Shown one piece after another: positions 27,451-43,585 of a stretch of DNA of 64,000 bases. Each line of letters opens with the position of its first letter. Position 1 is the first letter of the stretch. Under the pieces are notes generated by a model that saw only the letters and a program-made list of their open reading frames with translations, had not been told where the DNA came from and did not search any database. The stretch spans positions 1-64,000 of the forward strand of contig NGBS01000023.1 in assembly GCA_002245135.1 (NCBI GenBank), read 5' to 3'. Source of the DNA: Proteromonas lacertae (lineage: Eukaryota). The translations under genes were made by a program, and so were the position numbers.

Positions 27451-28954
27451 ATGAATTTTAAAACTATATATCTAACTGTTTATGCTGTTATCGTGATATC
27501 TGTTGCATTTTTAGTGAATTGTGTTGTAAAAAAGGATTATATGGACGAGATATTTCATGTTGAGATGAGTAAAAGATATCTGGATAGTATAAATAATCTA
27601 TTATGCGTTAATATAGTGAATTTTAGTTATTGGGATCCAAAAATAACAACATTTCCAGGATTATACATCTTCTCTTTTGCGTATAAGTAGTTGCAATATT
27701 TTCATAGTGTTTGTTATCCAATGAAATATGTATTTGCTAAACTAAATATCCAAATTGATGATTTGTTTTTATTCAGATCAATGAATATCCTGTTTAGCAT
27801 TGCAACTTACCTTGTCATGTTCAACATATTAAAAAAACTACATGGTCATGAATATACAGATGCAATTCTATCAGTTCATGCATTTTCACTAGTGTTATTT
27901 CCAGTTTATTTCTTCTTCAATTTTCTCTTCTATACAGATTTAGGTTCTGTATTTTTTACACTCTTATCTTTCTATTATTCATTACCTGATTATGATAAAG
28001 AGAAAGGTGTTAAAGATTTGAATATTTCAAATGTTACAATGTCAATGATCTATGGAATAATAGCAATATTTTTTAGACAGAATAATATAATATGGATATT
28101 GTTTATTATAGGTAATATGATATTATCAATAATAGATCCATTCAAGATTAATAGTTTCAAACAAATATTGAATGGGATTATTAAGAAAATGAGTGTAATA
28201 ATTGAAATATTTGAAATTTATATTCCACTGATTATTGGTTTTATTGTGTTTCTAATTTATAATGAAGGATCAGTTGTTGTTGGTGATAAATCAAATCATG
28301 TACCAGCATTTCATCCTACTCAGATATTATATTTCATATTATTTTTATCAATTCCTTATTATTTAAGATATATAATGAATGTTAAATATTTCATTCATGA
28401 GTTTCTTCATAGTGGTTTTGGATTTGTGAAGAATGCTTTGTTTATTATAATTTGTTGTATTTTGTCATTTATTATAATTGAGAAATTTACATTAATTCAT
28501 CCATTCTTATTAGCTGATAATAGGCATTATACTTTTTATATTGTTAAAAATATATTGAAGGTATAGTTTCTTCAATTTTTATAATTTAATAGAAAGAATG
28601 GTATTATCGATTTGCGCCATTTATTTATGGAGTATCATGCTATGTCACTGTTATTAATATGAAGAAACACATGTCACAATGGCAGATTATAGGATTCTTT
28701 GTGTGTTTATTCTTATGTCTGACACCTGCACATTTGATTGAGTATTAATATTGTATAGTTATTAATGTTATAGATTTCGTTATTTCTTAATCCCATACTT
28801 TATAATTCACCTTTATACCATCACTAAAGAGAAAAGAAATGAAATAGTTGTGCTTAATATTCACATGATAGTCAATATAATCACAATATATATATTTCTC
28901 TTCAAACCATTCCTTTGGCCAGGTAATGAAGATCAACAGAGATTCATGTGGTAA
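27451..28954 (+). CDS. ALG10: Dol-P-Glc alpha-1,2-glucosyltransferase ALG10/DIE2, 4 introns
   Basis: YMDEIFHV; WDPKITTFPGLY; FLFYTD; FRQNNIIW; VVGDKSNH; HPFLLADNRHYTFY; C-terminal FKPFLW...QRFMW*. Confidence 0.95.
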
Positions 28955-29265
28955 AAATAGCTCAATGGAATATAAATATAAGATATATATATATTTAATA
29001 ATTTTGCATTGCTTGATTCACTTTATTTCACCATGAAAAAATCATTTCAGTTTTTCTGAATTTGGTCATCGAAACTTTTCATACAATTTAAACCGTTTTC
29101 GTTTTGTTTTTAAATTTTTTAAATGTATACTGCTCAATTCCTCAATCTATCAAGATTTTTAATTTTTATATAATCCATATATATCTATTATCTGAATGTT
29201 CCTATTAATCTTTTCTGATATTATTTCTTCTTGTAATTTATTATAATATATAGTTTTTATAAAGT

Positions 29266-32200
29266 ATGACAGAACAAGGAGATTGGAGAAGGTCAGTCCC
29301 AACAATTAAAATTGATCCTAGAACTGTCAATTTACATCCTGAAGGTTACCCTATAAGTAGAAGTCCAAAAGCATATAAAAGAGAAATGACTGCAAGTGAA
29401 CAAGCAGTTGAAGTGAACTGGCAGCATAAAATTGCTCCAAAGCGTAGAATTATATATCCTCAGAATTGTCCTTTGTTTGCACATGTGACACTTCAACAAC
29501 ATCAAGAAACTGAGAATATTCGAAAGAATTCAGCAAGAAGCACATCCTCTGAACCACCAGTTCGAACATCAACCAAATTATCATCCCAAACAGCAATAGA
29601 AAGAACTCAAAATTCTGCAAGAAGATATAATCGTAAAAGATCAAATAGTTCATCAAGTAAAAACTCTGCTAGAAATGCAATTAATCAATCAAATTCAATA
29701 GCTCCTTCAGAGCAAACTCAAAACAACACAACAATGGAATCAGACTTACCTTCACCAGGAGTACCTGTATTAAAACAAGTATGGGTGACTGAAGTAGCCA
29801 ATCCAACACCAAGTGAAAGAATTGCGTTGAATTATAGTCAACCATTAGGTCATGCATCTCCTAGATTAAGTATATATTATATATATATACAATATCTATT
29901 ATTTAATTAGTGAATTTACAAAAGAAGAAAGCCAATCCTCCTCCTACAGTCACAACTAAAGATAGACCAGCTTCTAGCCTTGGGTTTGGTCATTTATTAC
30001 CAAAAGAAGATAAAGTCAGACCATTTAGACCAGTATCAGCATCACCTAGGGCAGATGGTATATTTGATGAAAGTGATTCAGATGAAGATATAGACGATGA
30101 AGATGATGAAATAGATATTAGTAATTTGCAATTTAACGGTTCAATATTGAGTAAAAATAAGAATAAGAAGAATAAAAAGAAAAAGAAAAGATTATTGAAA
30201 AGTCCAGTATTAGAACCAACTTCAACATTATTACCTCATTATGATGAACCAGCTCCATTATATGATAGAGACTTTATATTCATAGATGAATCAAAGTTAC
30301 CTGTGTATTTCTACGATCATCAAGAGTATGAGTCAAAAACACCCGAACAATGGCTTGAGAATGGTCCAATTACTGGTAAATCGCCAATGTATGAAAATGG
30401 TGCATATATTTGGGCACCATGCAATATCTTAAAATATGATGCATCTAAGACGAAGTATTTAATACAATTCGTGTATACAGGTAAAGAGAAATGGGTAAGA
30501 CGATTAAACTTAATGATGGATGAAGAAAATGCTGAAGATTTTTGGAAGAGAAGAATTGCATCTTATAATGATAGAGAGATGGCTAAGTGTGGTATTAGAT
30601 TAGCATTACATACTGAGAATCAACCAAGTGATGATATTCACGTTGCTCCAATGCAAAAGGAGTGGCAAGAGGATATATTATCAAAGATACTGACATTCAG
30701 TGATCCAGTTGTATATATGCAGAAGAATAAGAGAAAACTAGAAAATGTATTAACTGAAATTAGGAATCATTACATGCAAGGTGTAAAAAGAGGTATTTTG
30801 GAGTATAGACTCTTATCTGAGAATGAACGACAGAAGTTTATTCATTTAAGAATACCAGTCCCACCAAGAGATCCACCAGCTCCATTCTATGGTGAAATAA
30901 CTGATATACCTGAAGATAGAGGTGATTACTCGTTATATAAAGAGAATATAAGAGGATTACACTTTACTAAGCATAGATCAATATCTATATTATTATTATG
31001 GATTAATACAATTTGGGATACTGATTATGCTGATAGAATAATGTTAGATGCATTTGATAGAGAAGTTAAAGATATAGAATTGAAGTTTAATATTCCTTGT
31101 CTATTATCTAACTTTGAAAATCATCAAAAGAAACATTCTCGTAAGATGAGAGATACATTATTGAATGACTGGAGAACGATCTTATTACAATATGTATCTG
31201 ATGATTTTCAAGGGATTTATGATATGTTAATAAAATCAATTGAAGAATATGAAGTAAGTCCAATGAAACAAGAATTAACACATATTCAATATAATATTGG
31301 AGATCAATTAAGATTGATGGGAGTAAATACAGTAGATAGATATATTAATATGATTGAAGATTATTGTGAAAAAGATGAAAATAAAGCTCAAGTTTATGAA
31401 CAATATTTTATAGATAGAACTCCTGAAATGAATGGTTTACCTAACTTTATACCAACAGAAGTAGGTGATATACGTGAACCAGATATTAAATACACAGCAA
31501 TACCAGTTCCACCTCATATTCCACCTGTTATCTATACACATCCAGCATTATTTAAAGTGAATTTGGTAGTTGATGTTAATAATGGTATATGTAGATTAGA
31601 TCCATCAGCTGAAGATATTGAGAATACAATTATTGGATGTTTAGAAGATTCTATTAATTATTTTGGTGATATTTATAAGATAGATCAAATGATATTGACA
31701 CTTATTTCATTACCATTAGAACCATTAGTTGATTTTAAAACAAAAGATGAAAGTAATCCAACATTATCATCTATATTATACATTGAAAAAAGAATAGAAG
31801 AAGTAAGACAATATATAAGACAATCATTAAATGCACCATTAGCTTTAGCTGATTTATATACATCAGTAGCACAATATATCACATTAGATCCGTATGAAGA
31901 AATGAAGAGAATAGGTGTAAGACCTTGTGATAGAATCGATCCAGAGTTAGAAGGACAAGTGGAACAAACTGATCCATTAGATTATCCACCACAACCTGAG
32001 GATTATATAGATGAGAGAGAAACATTGAGATTATATAAGAGAATAATAGATGTAGTTAGATATTTATCTAATGATACTGAATATTTTAGTTTAGTTCAAG
32101 TAGATTGTAGAATGGCTAAAGATGTTATAGAAACAACCAGTAATACAATATATAGAACAATAATAGGAGGAATTGAAGAAGACCAAAGTGAAATTGTTGA

Positions 32201-35200
32201 TAGAATTAATAAGAAATATAAATCAATATCCGAAAAAGTAAGACAAATCCCAGAAACTGAAGATGAATTAAGTTCATTACAAAATTATATAAAAGGAATA
32301 GAAGATATAATTAAAAAGATGGAAGAAAATGTGAGTGTTATGTTTAATCGAATAGAATCATTGGAGGAGTTCAGATATATTCCAATTCAAGATGATTTTG
32401 AGAAAATGTGGTTAACTTTGACATGGCCAAGTGATATAAGAGATGCTGTAAATATAAGTTATGGTCAATTAGGAATGCAGAAGATGGCAATGATTGAAAA
32501 TCTAGATAAAGAGAAAGAAGCATTTAGAAAAGAATTAACACAATTAATAAGTGATGTTAAAGCATTTTTAACTGTAACTGATATTGAGAAACATGAAGAG
32601 TATTCAAGAGAAGCAATGTCATTACAAGATAGAATAGACGAAGCACATTATAAGATTAATAACTTTAACCACAGAGAAGAAGTATTTGATCTACAAAAGA
32701 CTGAATATAATGACATTAATGGATTACAGATTGAGTTTAAACCATATTATGATTTATGGACTACTTTATCTGAAGCTGTATCAATGATTGAAAGATATTT
32801 AACAGATGATTTCTCACAGTTAGATGTTGATGAAATTGAAACTAATATTATGGATTGGTGGAAAATGGCGTTAGCTTTAGCTAAGATATTCTCTAATCAA
32901 GAAGGACCAATGAGTGCTGTAGAACATATGAAAGAATCAATAACTGAATTTAGAAAGAAATTACCATTAATTCAAGCATTAACCTCTAAAGGCTTACAAG
33001 AAAGACATTGGAATGATATTTCTAATAAAGTTGGATTTGCCTTAAATCCAGATGAAGGATTGAATATTGAATGTTTATTAGATGAAGGTATTTTAGATCA
33101 TTTAGAAGAAATACAATCAATTGTAGCTGTAGCATCCAAAGAATGGTCATTAGAAAAAGCATTGAATGATATGGAAGCAGAATGGACAAAGATTGCTTAT
33201 GAAATTGCACCATATAGAGAAACAGGTACATTTGTAGTGAGAAGTACTGATGATATATCTGCATTATTAGATGACCAATTAGTAAAGACACAAACAATGA
33301 GAGGATCACCATTCATTGGACCAATCGAAGGAGCTGTTAAAGATTGGGAAGCGAAGATTACTTATACTCAGAAACTATTAGAAGCATGGATGTGGTGTCA
33401 AAGAACTTGGATTTATTTAGAACCTATTTTTAGTAGTGAAGATATAATGAACCAAATGCCAAAAGAAGCTAGAAAATTTGCAGGTGTTGATTCGATGTGG
33501 AGAAAAACAATGTCCAGTATTAGAAGAAGTCCAATGGTAATGGAAGTAAGTTCAAGAGAAGGATTTATTAGTCAATTTGAAAGAGCCAATAGTGTATTAG
33601 AAGAGATTCAAGCGAAATTGAATGAATACTTAGAAAGAAAACGAAAGGCATTCCCAAGATTCTTCTTCTTATCCAATGATGAATTGATTGAGATATTAGC
33701 ACAAACTAAAGATCCAAGAGCAGTTCAACCACATTTAAATAAAAGCTTTGAAGGTATTCATCATGTTACATTTACTGATGATTATTGTATTACCCACATA
33801 CAAAGTGCTGAGAAAGAAGAAATTGAGTTATTATCACCTGTTGATCCAAATGAAGGTAGAAAGAAAGGAAATGTTGAATTATGGATGACTGAGTTAGAAG
33901 AAAAGATGATTTCAGCTATGGAAGATTTATATATTCGATCTTTACATGCATATCCATTAAGTAAAAGGACAAGATGGGTATTTGATTGGCCTGGTCAAAT
34001 TGTCTTAGCTGTAGATTCTACAATATGGACACAAGAAGTGGAACAAGCTATAATATCTGAAGAAGAAAATGCATTAGTGGAATATGAAAAGAGATTAACT
34101 AATCAATTGAATGATATTGTTGAATTAGTAAGAGGTGATTTGACATTTTTACAAAGACAGACATTAGGTGCTTTAACAGTTATTGATGTACATGCTAGAG
34201 ATGTTGTTACCAGTTTAGCAGAAAAGAAAGTATATGAATTAGACGATTTTAATTGGATGGCTCAATTGAGATATTATTTCGAGAGAGAAGATGAACAATT
34301 GGTAGTGAAAATAGTAAATGCTGAAACTGATTATATGTATGAATATATTGGTAATAGTACAAGATTGGTTATTACACCATTAACTGATAGATGTTATAGA
34401 ACACTAATGGGAGCGGTGTATTTAATATATGGTGGTGCACCAGAAGGACCAGCTGGAACTGGTAAGACTGAGAGTGTTAAAGATTTAAGTAAAGCTGTAG
34501 CTACACAATGTGTTGTATTTAATTGTTCTGACGGTTTAGATTATTTAGCTATGGCAAAATTCTTTAAAGGTTTAGCTGCTTCAGGTGCTTGGAGTTGTTT
34601 TGATGAATTTAACAGAATTGATTTGGAAGTATTGTCAGTTATTGCACAACAAATATTAACCATTCAAAAAGCAAAACAAGAGCAAGTTACTAACTTTATA
34701 TTTGAAGGAACAAGTATTCCATTAAAAACATCTTGCAATGTATTTATTACAATGAATCCTGGTTATGCTGGTAGATCAGAATTACCTGATAATTTGAAAT
34801 CACTATTTAGACCTTGCGCTATGATGGTTCCTGATTATGCATTAATTGCTGAAATTACATTATATTCATACGGTTTTACTGAAGCTAGATTAATGGCAAG
34901 GAAATTAGTAAGAGTGTTGAGATTATGTTCTGAACAATTATCAAGTCAAGATCATTATGATTATGGTATGAGAGCTGTAAAAGCAATTCTATTAGCTGCT
35001 GGTAATTTAAGAAGAAAAGAACCTAATGAAAGACAAGATATATTAACTTTAAGAGCAATTACTGATGTTAATTTACCAAAGTTTACATCCAATGATATTC
35101 CATTATTCCAAGGTATTACTAGTGATTTATTCCCTAATGTTCAATTACCAAAGATAGATTATGGTCCATTGGTTAAATCAATGAAAGATTATTGTGAACA

Positions 35201-38200
35201 ACATAGATTAGTCTCACATGATAACTTCATTAGAAAATGTTTACAGTTGTATGATACTACAATAGTTCGACATGGTTTGATGTTAGTAGGTGGTGCTGGT
35301 TCAGGTAAAACATGTGTTATTAATTGTCTAAGTGCAGGTATGAGTGTATTGAAAGATATGTCTGATTATGAGAATGTTAAAGTTGTAACAATAAATCCCA
35401 AATGTATTACACAAGATCAATTGTATGGTAAATTTGATGAGAATTCACATGAATGGCAAGATGGTGTATTAGCTGTACAAGTCAGAGTTTGTGCAAAAGA
35501 TACAACACCTGATAAGAAATGGATAGTATTTGATGGTCCAGTAGATGCAGTTTGGATTGAAAATATGAATACAGTCTTAGATGATAATAAGAAATTATGT
35601 TTAAACAGTGGTGAAATTATCAGATTAACTCCACAAATGACTATTATGTTTGAAGTAGAGAATCTTATTGTTGCATCACCAGCTACTGTTAGTCGATGTG
35701 GAATGGTGTTTATGGAGCCAAAACAGTTAGGATATAATGCATTAATAGAATCATGGAGAATGACATTACCAGAAGGAATAAAGTTTATGGAATCATTTAT
35801 ATTTACACTTATTGATGAATTAATACCGCCCTGTTTATCATTTGTAATGAAAAGATTAGTAAAACCATTACCAGTTACTGAGATGGAATTAACATCATCA
35901 TTCTTAAGATTAGTAACATCACAATTGGATGAAGTGTTTAAAGATAATTGTGAAACATTACCATCATCACATGAATTAATGTCATATTTTGAAAGTATAT
36001 TCGTGTTTTGTACAGTTTGGTCAATTGGTATATGTACAGATGAACATGGTAGAGAGTTGTTCAATGAGTTTTTCAGATTACATTTATCACCAGCTAAAGT
36101 GAATACTGATGTAGATGATAAACCAGAAGTAGAAATATCAAAAAGACAAGCATTAAAGAACTTAAGACCAATTCCAAGAGATGGAAGTGTTTATGATTAT
36201 TATTTCGATAAAGAATCAAAGAAATGGGTAAAATGGACATTAATTAATGATAATAGATATGAAATACCTGATACAATTGAATATTCCAGTATATATGTAC
36301 CAACAATGGATAATATTCAAATATCAATGATTACTAATGATTTATTATTCCACGGATATCATACATTAGTTGTAGGACCAACTGGTACAGGTAAATCAGT
36401 CACATTTATGAAGAAACTATACGAAGAATTGCCAAGAGATAAATGGAGTCATACAATATTAGATTTAACTGCCACAACTACAGGTAATCAAGTACAAACA
36501 ATGATTGAGAATAAACTAATCAAAAGACGTAAAGGCTTATATGGTCCAACACCTGGTAAAACAATGATATGGTTTATTGATGATATGAATTTGCCTATCC
36601 CAGAATCATCAGGATGTCAACCACCAATAGAATTACTCAGACAATGGTCAGATCACGGTGGATGGTATGAAATACATGAACAACCAACTTACTTTAAGAA
36701 TATTCAGAATGTGCAGATGTTAGTAGCAATGGGTACTCCTGGTGGTGGTAAATATCCAGTTACTATGAGATTATTAAGACATTTCTCTATTATGAATGTT
36801 GTACCATTTAATGAAGAAACTATGAGGACGATATTCTCCACAATTGTAGCTTGGTTCTTGAGACCATTCCCTAATTCAGTAAGATCATTGAATAAAGAAT
36901 TAGTTGATTCATCTATTGAAATATTCCAAATTATCTCAACAGAATTACTTCCAACACCAGGTAAACTACATTATACGTTCAATCTTCGTGATTTATCAAA
37001 AGTATTCCAAGGTTTATCACAAGGTAGTAAAACAAGAATTACAGAACAAGTGCAAATGGCTAGAATGTGGTCACATGAATGTTTACGTATATTCAGTGAC
37101 AGATTAGTTGATGAAACAGATAGACAATGGTTTATGAAGAATTTGAAGGATTTGTTATATAAATATTACCATATGACATGGGAAAAAGTCAAAGGTGATC
37201 AAAATCGTATAATATTTGGTGATTATATACCATCCCATCAAGGAGATTATGCTGAAATAGAGAATCATGAAGAAATGAAACAGATTATACAACAACAAAT
37301 GGATGAATATAATACAATATCAAGTTCACCATTAGAATTAGTATTATTTGATATGGCAATTGATCATATGAATAGAGTAGCAAGATGTATTAGACACCCT
37401 CAAGGTAATGCATTACTAGTAGGTGTAGGTGGTAGTGGTAGAAAATCAATCAGTAGATTAGCTTCCTATATGCAACAATATAGAACTTATGAAGTTGAAG
37501 TATCTAGAAGTTATACAGTTCAATCCTGGAAAGATGATTTAAAGAAAGTGATTAAAATCGCTGGTGCTGAGAATAAGAGTATTTGTTTTATATTTTGTGA
37601 TACTCAAATCATGTATCCTTCATTTATGGAAGATATAAATGCATTATTAAATACAGGTGAAGTTCCTAATTTATATGAACAAGATGAACTTAGTCAAATC
37701 TTAGAAGCTGTTGGTCCTGCTGCAGTAAGAGCTGGTAAAGGTGGCAATAATGTTGATATGTATAACTTCTTTGTAGAGACAACAAGAAAGAATTTACATA
37801 TTATATTATGTTTCAGTCCAATTGGTAATGCTTATAAGAGTAATTTACGACAATTTCCATCTATTGTTAACTGTTGTTATATTGATTGGTTCTCAGAATG
37901 GCCAAGAGAAGCTTTAGAAACAGTTGGTGAATTTGAATTAAAGAAAATGAAGTTTAATGACATTTTGAGAAAGAATCTATTAGATATATGTGTTGATATG
38001 CAGGAAAGAGTTCAAGGATTATGTAAAAGGTATTTAGCTGAACATCATCAACATTATTATGTAACACCGATGAGTTATTTAGGATTAATGAAGACATTTT
38101 CTACTATTTATTTGAATAGAAAGAATGAAATGATGAAAACTCAGACTGGTTATGCTCAAGGTCTTCAGAAGTTATTAGAAACTGAGTCAAAGGTAGAATC

Positions 38201-41200
38201 AATGAAAGAAGAGTTAAAGAATCTACAACCAACATTAGAAGTAGCCAAAGAAGAAGTTGCTAAGTTAATGGAAGATATTAGTGTAAAGCAAATATCGGCA
38301 GATGCTCAAAGACAAGTTGTAGAGAAAGAAAGTGAAGAATGTGATAAACAAGCACAAGATGCTCAAGCTATAAGAGATAGTTGTGAAGCAGATTTATCAC
38401 AAGCATTACCTATATTACATGCTGCTGAAAGTGCATTAAAGAAATTATCTAAAGCTGATTTAGTAGAAGTCAAATCTATGACAAATCCACCAAAAGAAGT
38501 TAAAGTGGTGATGGAAGTTATGTGTGTATTTTTGAAAGAAAAATTACAAGGAACTTATTGGGAAACTGCCAAGAAGAAGATATTAAATGATACAAAATTA
38601 ATTGATAAATTATTAGGTTATAATAAAGAGAAGATGGATGAAAAATTGATTAATAAAATCTTGCCATATTTAGATGTAGCTGAATTTTCAGAAGCAAGAG
38701 TTCAAAATGCGTCCAAAGCTGCATTTGGTATGTGTAAATGGATTAGAGCAATGGTTAAATACTTCTATGTTGAAAAATCAATTAAACCAAAGAGAGAAGC
38801 TTTAAAAGAAAGTGAACAGAAATTATCTGTATTAAAAGCAGCATTAGCTCAAAAGCAGTCTGAATTACAGCAAGTAGTAGATCATTTGAACCAATTAAAG
38901 GCAAGTTTTGATGATGCTAATAGTAGAAAAGAAACTTTAGAACAACAAGTAGAAGATTGTAAAACAAGATTAACAAGAGCAGAGAAATTGATTTTAGCTT
39001 TAAGTGATGAGAAGTTAAGATGGGCAGATAAAGTGAGTGAATTAGGTAGTTTAAGTGAAAATGTAATTGGTGATTCCTTACTAGGTTCTGGTATAGTATC
39101 ATACTTAGGATTCTTTATGAAATCATATCGTGAAGAATGTATAAAGAATTGGAAAGATCAATTGAATGAAGCAAATATCATAACAACACCTGATTTCTCA
39201 TTAAGAAAATGTTTTGGTGAAGCAATTCAAATACGAAGTTGGACAATACATCATTTACCATCAGATGATTATTCTGTTACTAATGCATTGATATTACAGA
39301 ATAGTTTAAGATATCCATTGATGATAGATCCACAAGGACAAGCTTCTAGATGGATTAAGAGTAATGAAAGTGAAAGAGGTTTGAAGATAGTTCGACAAAA
39401 TGCAAGTGATTTTGTAAGAACATTACAAAATTGTGTTCAGTTTGGTAAACCAGTTTTAATAGACAATGTAGCTGAAGATATAGATGCTGTATTAGATCCA
39501 TTGTTATTAAAACAGATGGTAAGAATTGGTGGAGTTGATATGATCAAAGTAGGTGATTCTCAATTCAAAATGGATGATAATTTCCATCTATATATGATTA
39601 CTAAACTCAGAGCACCACATTATCCACCTGAAACGTGTGTTAAAGTGAATTTATTAAACTTCATGGCTACAGAAGACGGTTTATCTGATCAAATGTTAGG
39701 AATTGTAGTAAAGAAAGAAAGAGCAGAATTAGAAGAAAGAAGAGAAAGATGTCTATTAGAAAGATCAGAGAATCAAAAAGAGTTGAAAAGAATAGAAGCA
39801 AAGATATTACAAATGATTAGTAGTGCTGAAGGTAATATATTGGATGATGAAAGTTTGATTGAAGCATTATCAGAATCAAAGATTACTTCAAATGATGTAC
39901 AAGAAAGAGAGACTCAAGCTGAAAGAACAGAAAATATGATTACTTCTACAAGAGAGAAATATCAAGCTGTATCTGAAAGAGCTTCTTTGTTATTCTTTTG
40001 TATTTCTGATTTAGCTGGAATTGATAATATGTATCAATATTCATTAGAATGGTTTGTTGGATTGTTTAATAGAGCTATTGAAATTGCACCAAGATCAGAT
40101 AAAATCGATGAAAGATCACAATTTTTGATTAATAGTTTTACTTATTTGATATATACTAATGTCTGTAGAAGTTTATTTGGAGTTCATCATTTATTATTCT
40201 CATTTTTAATGTGTACAAAGATAATGACATCACAGAATCTTATACAATCAACAGAATATAGATATTTCTTAACTGGTAATACAGCAATGGAAATACATCA
40301 AGAGAATCCATGTGTAGATGAAGAAACAGGTAAGAAATGGTTAAGTGATGAAGTATGGAAAGATTTATATGGATTACATGATATTGAGTCATTTACAAAG
40401 TTTATTGATGATATAATAGAGAATCCAGAGATGATAAGAATAGTTGTTGATTCTGTCAATCCTAATGAAGATATGAAAGAAATAATAGAACCTTATGAAT
40501 TCAGTAGTTTTCAACAATTAACAATTATGAGATTCTTACGTTTAGATAAATTAGTTTCATTTATACAGTCATTTATATGTGATAATATGGAAAAGAAGTA
40601 TGTAGAATCACCACCATTTGACTTAAATGCTGCTTTTAATGATAGTACCTGTGTTACTCCAATTATATTCATGTTATCACCAGGTGCAGATCCAATGAAA
40701 GATTTCTTCAGTTTAGCAGAAGAGTGTAAATATGAAAAGAAATTAAAAACATTATCACTAGGTCAAGGTCAAGGTCCAATCGCTGAAAGTGCAATATTAG
40801 AAGCAGTAGATAAAGGTACTTGGGTTGTATTACAGAATTGTCATTTAGCTATTAGTTGGTTACCAACATTAGAATCATTATGTGAAGGTATCACTGTAGA
40901 TAGATGTAATCCAACATTTAGATTATGGTTAACCTCGAAACCAACAGAAGCATTTCCAGTATCCATCTTACAGAATGGTGTAAAAATCACTAAAGAAGCA
41001 CCAAAAGGATTAAGATCCAATTTAATTGGTTCTTATTTAAGTTATAGTAATAAGATGTATGATAAATGTCCCAGAGCTAAAGATATGCATAGATTGTTAT
41101 ATGGTTTATCATTCTTCCATGCATTAGTACAAGAAAGACGTAAATATGGTCCATTAGGTTGGAATATATCTTATGAATTCAATGATAGTGATTTAAGAAT

Positions 41201-42473
41201 CAGTGTTGCACAATTGGAATTATTCTTATCCACTTGTAAATCAGCTGAAGATATTCGTTATGATGCATTGCTATATTTGACAGGTGAATGTAATTATGGT
41301 GGAAGAGTAACAGATATGTGGGACAGAAGAACGTTAAACTGTATTTTGGAGGATTTCTATAATCCAAATGTATTAGAAAATGGATATTTATTCACTGAGG
41401 ATCCTACATATACTATACCTGAATATGGTCCAATCACTGGTGTTGTTGATTTTATTAAAACATTACCATTGAATGATGGTCCAGCTGTGTTTGGCTTACA
41501 TCAAAATGCTGATATAACATGTACAATTTCCGAATCAAAGACATTAATAAACAATTTATTATCTTTACAACCAAGAACATCAAGTAGTAATGATAGTAGT
41601 AATGAGAATTCAGGTACAAATAGTTTACTAACAGTAGTTGATGATTTAAGAGAAAGAATTCCAGGTACATTTGATGTAGAAGGTGTTTCAATATTATATC
41701 CAGTGAAATATGAACAATCAATGAATACTGTATTACAACAAGAATTACAAAGATATAACAAATTATTATCCAAAATAGATTCATCCTTAGAACAACTAAA
41801 GAAAGCAATTAAAGGATTGATTGTTATGTCAATTGATTTAGAGGAATTAGCTGGAAGTATAGAGAAAGGTTTAGTACCAGAACTATGGAAAACAGTATCA
41901 TATCCATCATTGAAACCACTTGGTTCATGGATTAAAGATTTAATAGAAAGAATAGATTTCTTCAAACATTGGATTGATGAAGGACCAGCTAGTAATTTCT
42001 GGATAAGTGGATTCTTCTTTACACAATCATTCTTGACAGGTATTTTACAGAATTGTGCAAGAGCTCATCAAATACCAATTGATGCATTAGGTTTTGATTT
42101 CCAAGTCTTAACAACTGAAGAAGAAAGTAGTATAACCGAAGCACCAAAAGAAGGATGTTATATTCATGGTTTATTCTTGGAAGGTGCAAAATGGAATAGT
42201 GAAGAGATGGTGTTAGATGAACAAGATCCAAAAGAATTATATTGTGTAGTTCCAACCATTCAATTAATACCAAAAGAGACTGTAAATATTGATATGAATA
42301 GTCATAGATATACATGTCCTGTATATAAAACATCTGAGAGAAGAGGTGTATTATCAACAACTGGTCATTCTACTAACTTTGTGGTTGAAATGTATTTGCC
42401 CATGAAAGAAGAACATGATGAGAATCATTGGGTTAAGAGAGGAACAGCATTATTAACACAATTGAATAGTTAA
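29266..42473 (+). CDS. DNAH1: Axonemal inner-arm dynein heavy chain, DNAH1-like; one intron (29870-29910)
   Basis: P-loops GPAGTGKT, GGAGSGKT, GPTGTGKS and GVGGSGRK; FPRFFFLSNDELIEIL; C-terminal HWVKRGTALL; N-terminal LPVYFYD..YESKTPEQW...WVRRLNL segment typical of DNAH1. Confidence 0.9.
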
Positions 42474-42513
42474 TTCTTTTATATTTTTATTCTTTTATAA
42501 TATTATTTTTCAT

Positions 42514-43585
42514 TTCAAAATCTTAAAAATAACATATTAATAATATCAATTTTCATTTCATTTAGTAGTTAAAACTACAAATATCAACTTTCGCATTTGG
42601 TAGTACAAAGAAATTCTATTATATAAATATTATATAGATATATACTATTGAATGTCCATCAACAGTTATTATTCCTTTACCTTCTTTACCAGATAAATCA
42701 GGTAATTCACCTTTATCGTTTAAATGTAACTTCACTCCATTCAAATATACTCTTTTAGCATCTAAACTATCAGCTGTAAAGTAAATTTCATTAAGAAATT
42801 CTCTATTTTAAGATTTATTATTTAATTAAATAGGATATTCTATATTCTTTTCTTTCAACATTTTCAAATTCTATATCTTTACTTGTTATGTTTACAGATT
42901 CTTTTAACAAATTTAATACTTCAATTACTATGCCTCCAGAATATTCACATGAACATTGACCATAGATTCGAATCATTTTATTAGAACTACTTACACTTAA
43001 GATTTTATTTCCTACTATATTTCGCCATACTTTCATTACATAATAATCACTATTTGGTTCACGACTTTCATCTCTTTCTAATAAAGAATACCAACCACCT
43101 ACAAATGCTTGACGAAATTGAGCTTTTATACCAACTTCAGCTAAACCTGCTAAATCATCAACATAATAGAATGATGAAACAAATCTATCAGTTACATTAT
43201 CATGTCCACTATCACAAGCAGCTGCTCCCTCACCCATATATATCTTCATATTTGGATTCTTTGATTTCTTAACCAACTATACATAATTGAAATGATTCTT
43301 GTATATATTTATACATTAACAATACTTTTAGCTGCATCAATGTGGCTATTTAAAAAAGATGGAGTAATTATTTTTTGTAATATATCATCATCTTTACCAT
43401 TAGTGTCATCTAACAACAACAATAAATATATGTTTATATATACAGTGATGATAGTTAATAATATCTAATAAATCATTTTCTATTAATGGATTTAAATATT
43501 CTGGTTTAACAGCAGTGTGATCTGGTCCAATTATCTTTGGTCTTACATCTTTATTTGGCCATAATCTTTCAATTTCTTTCTTAAA
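42514..43585. repeat. Left arm of a 1072-nt inverted repeat (partner 45070-46141)
   Basis: Reverse complement appears identical by eye, including introns and 3' flank; the ORF track gives identical 152-aa products at 42818-43276(-) and 45379-45837(+). Confidence 0.92.

Noticed and set aside
31685..42360. Antisense and alternate-frame ORFs inside dynein (and similarly in ABCG, CAND1 and coronin)
   Set aside because: They are shadow ORFs of long coding sequence with no recognisable motifs.
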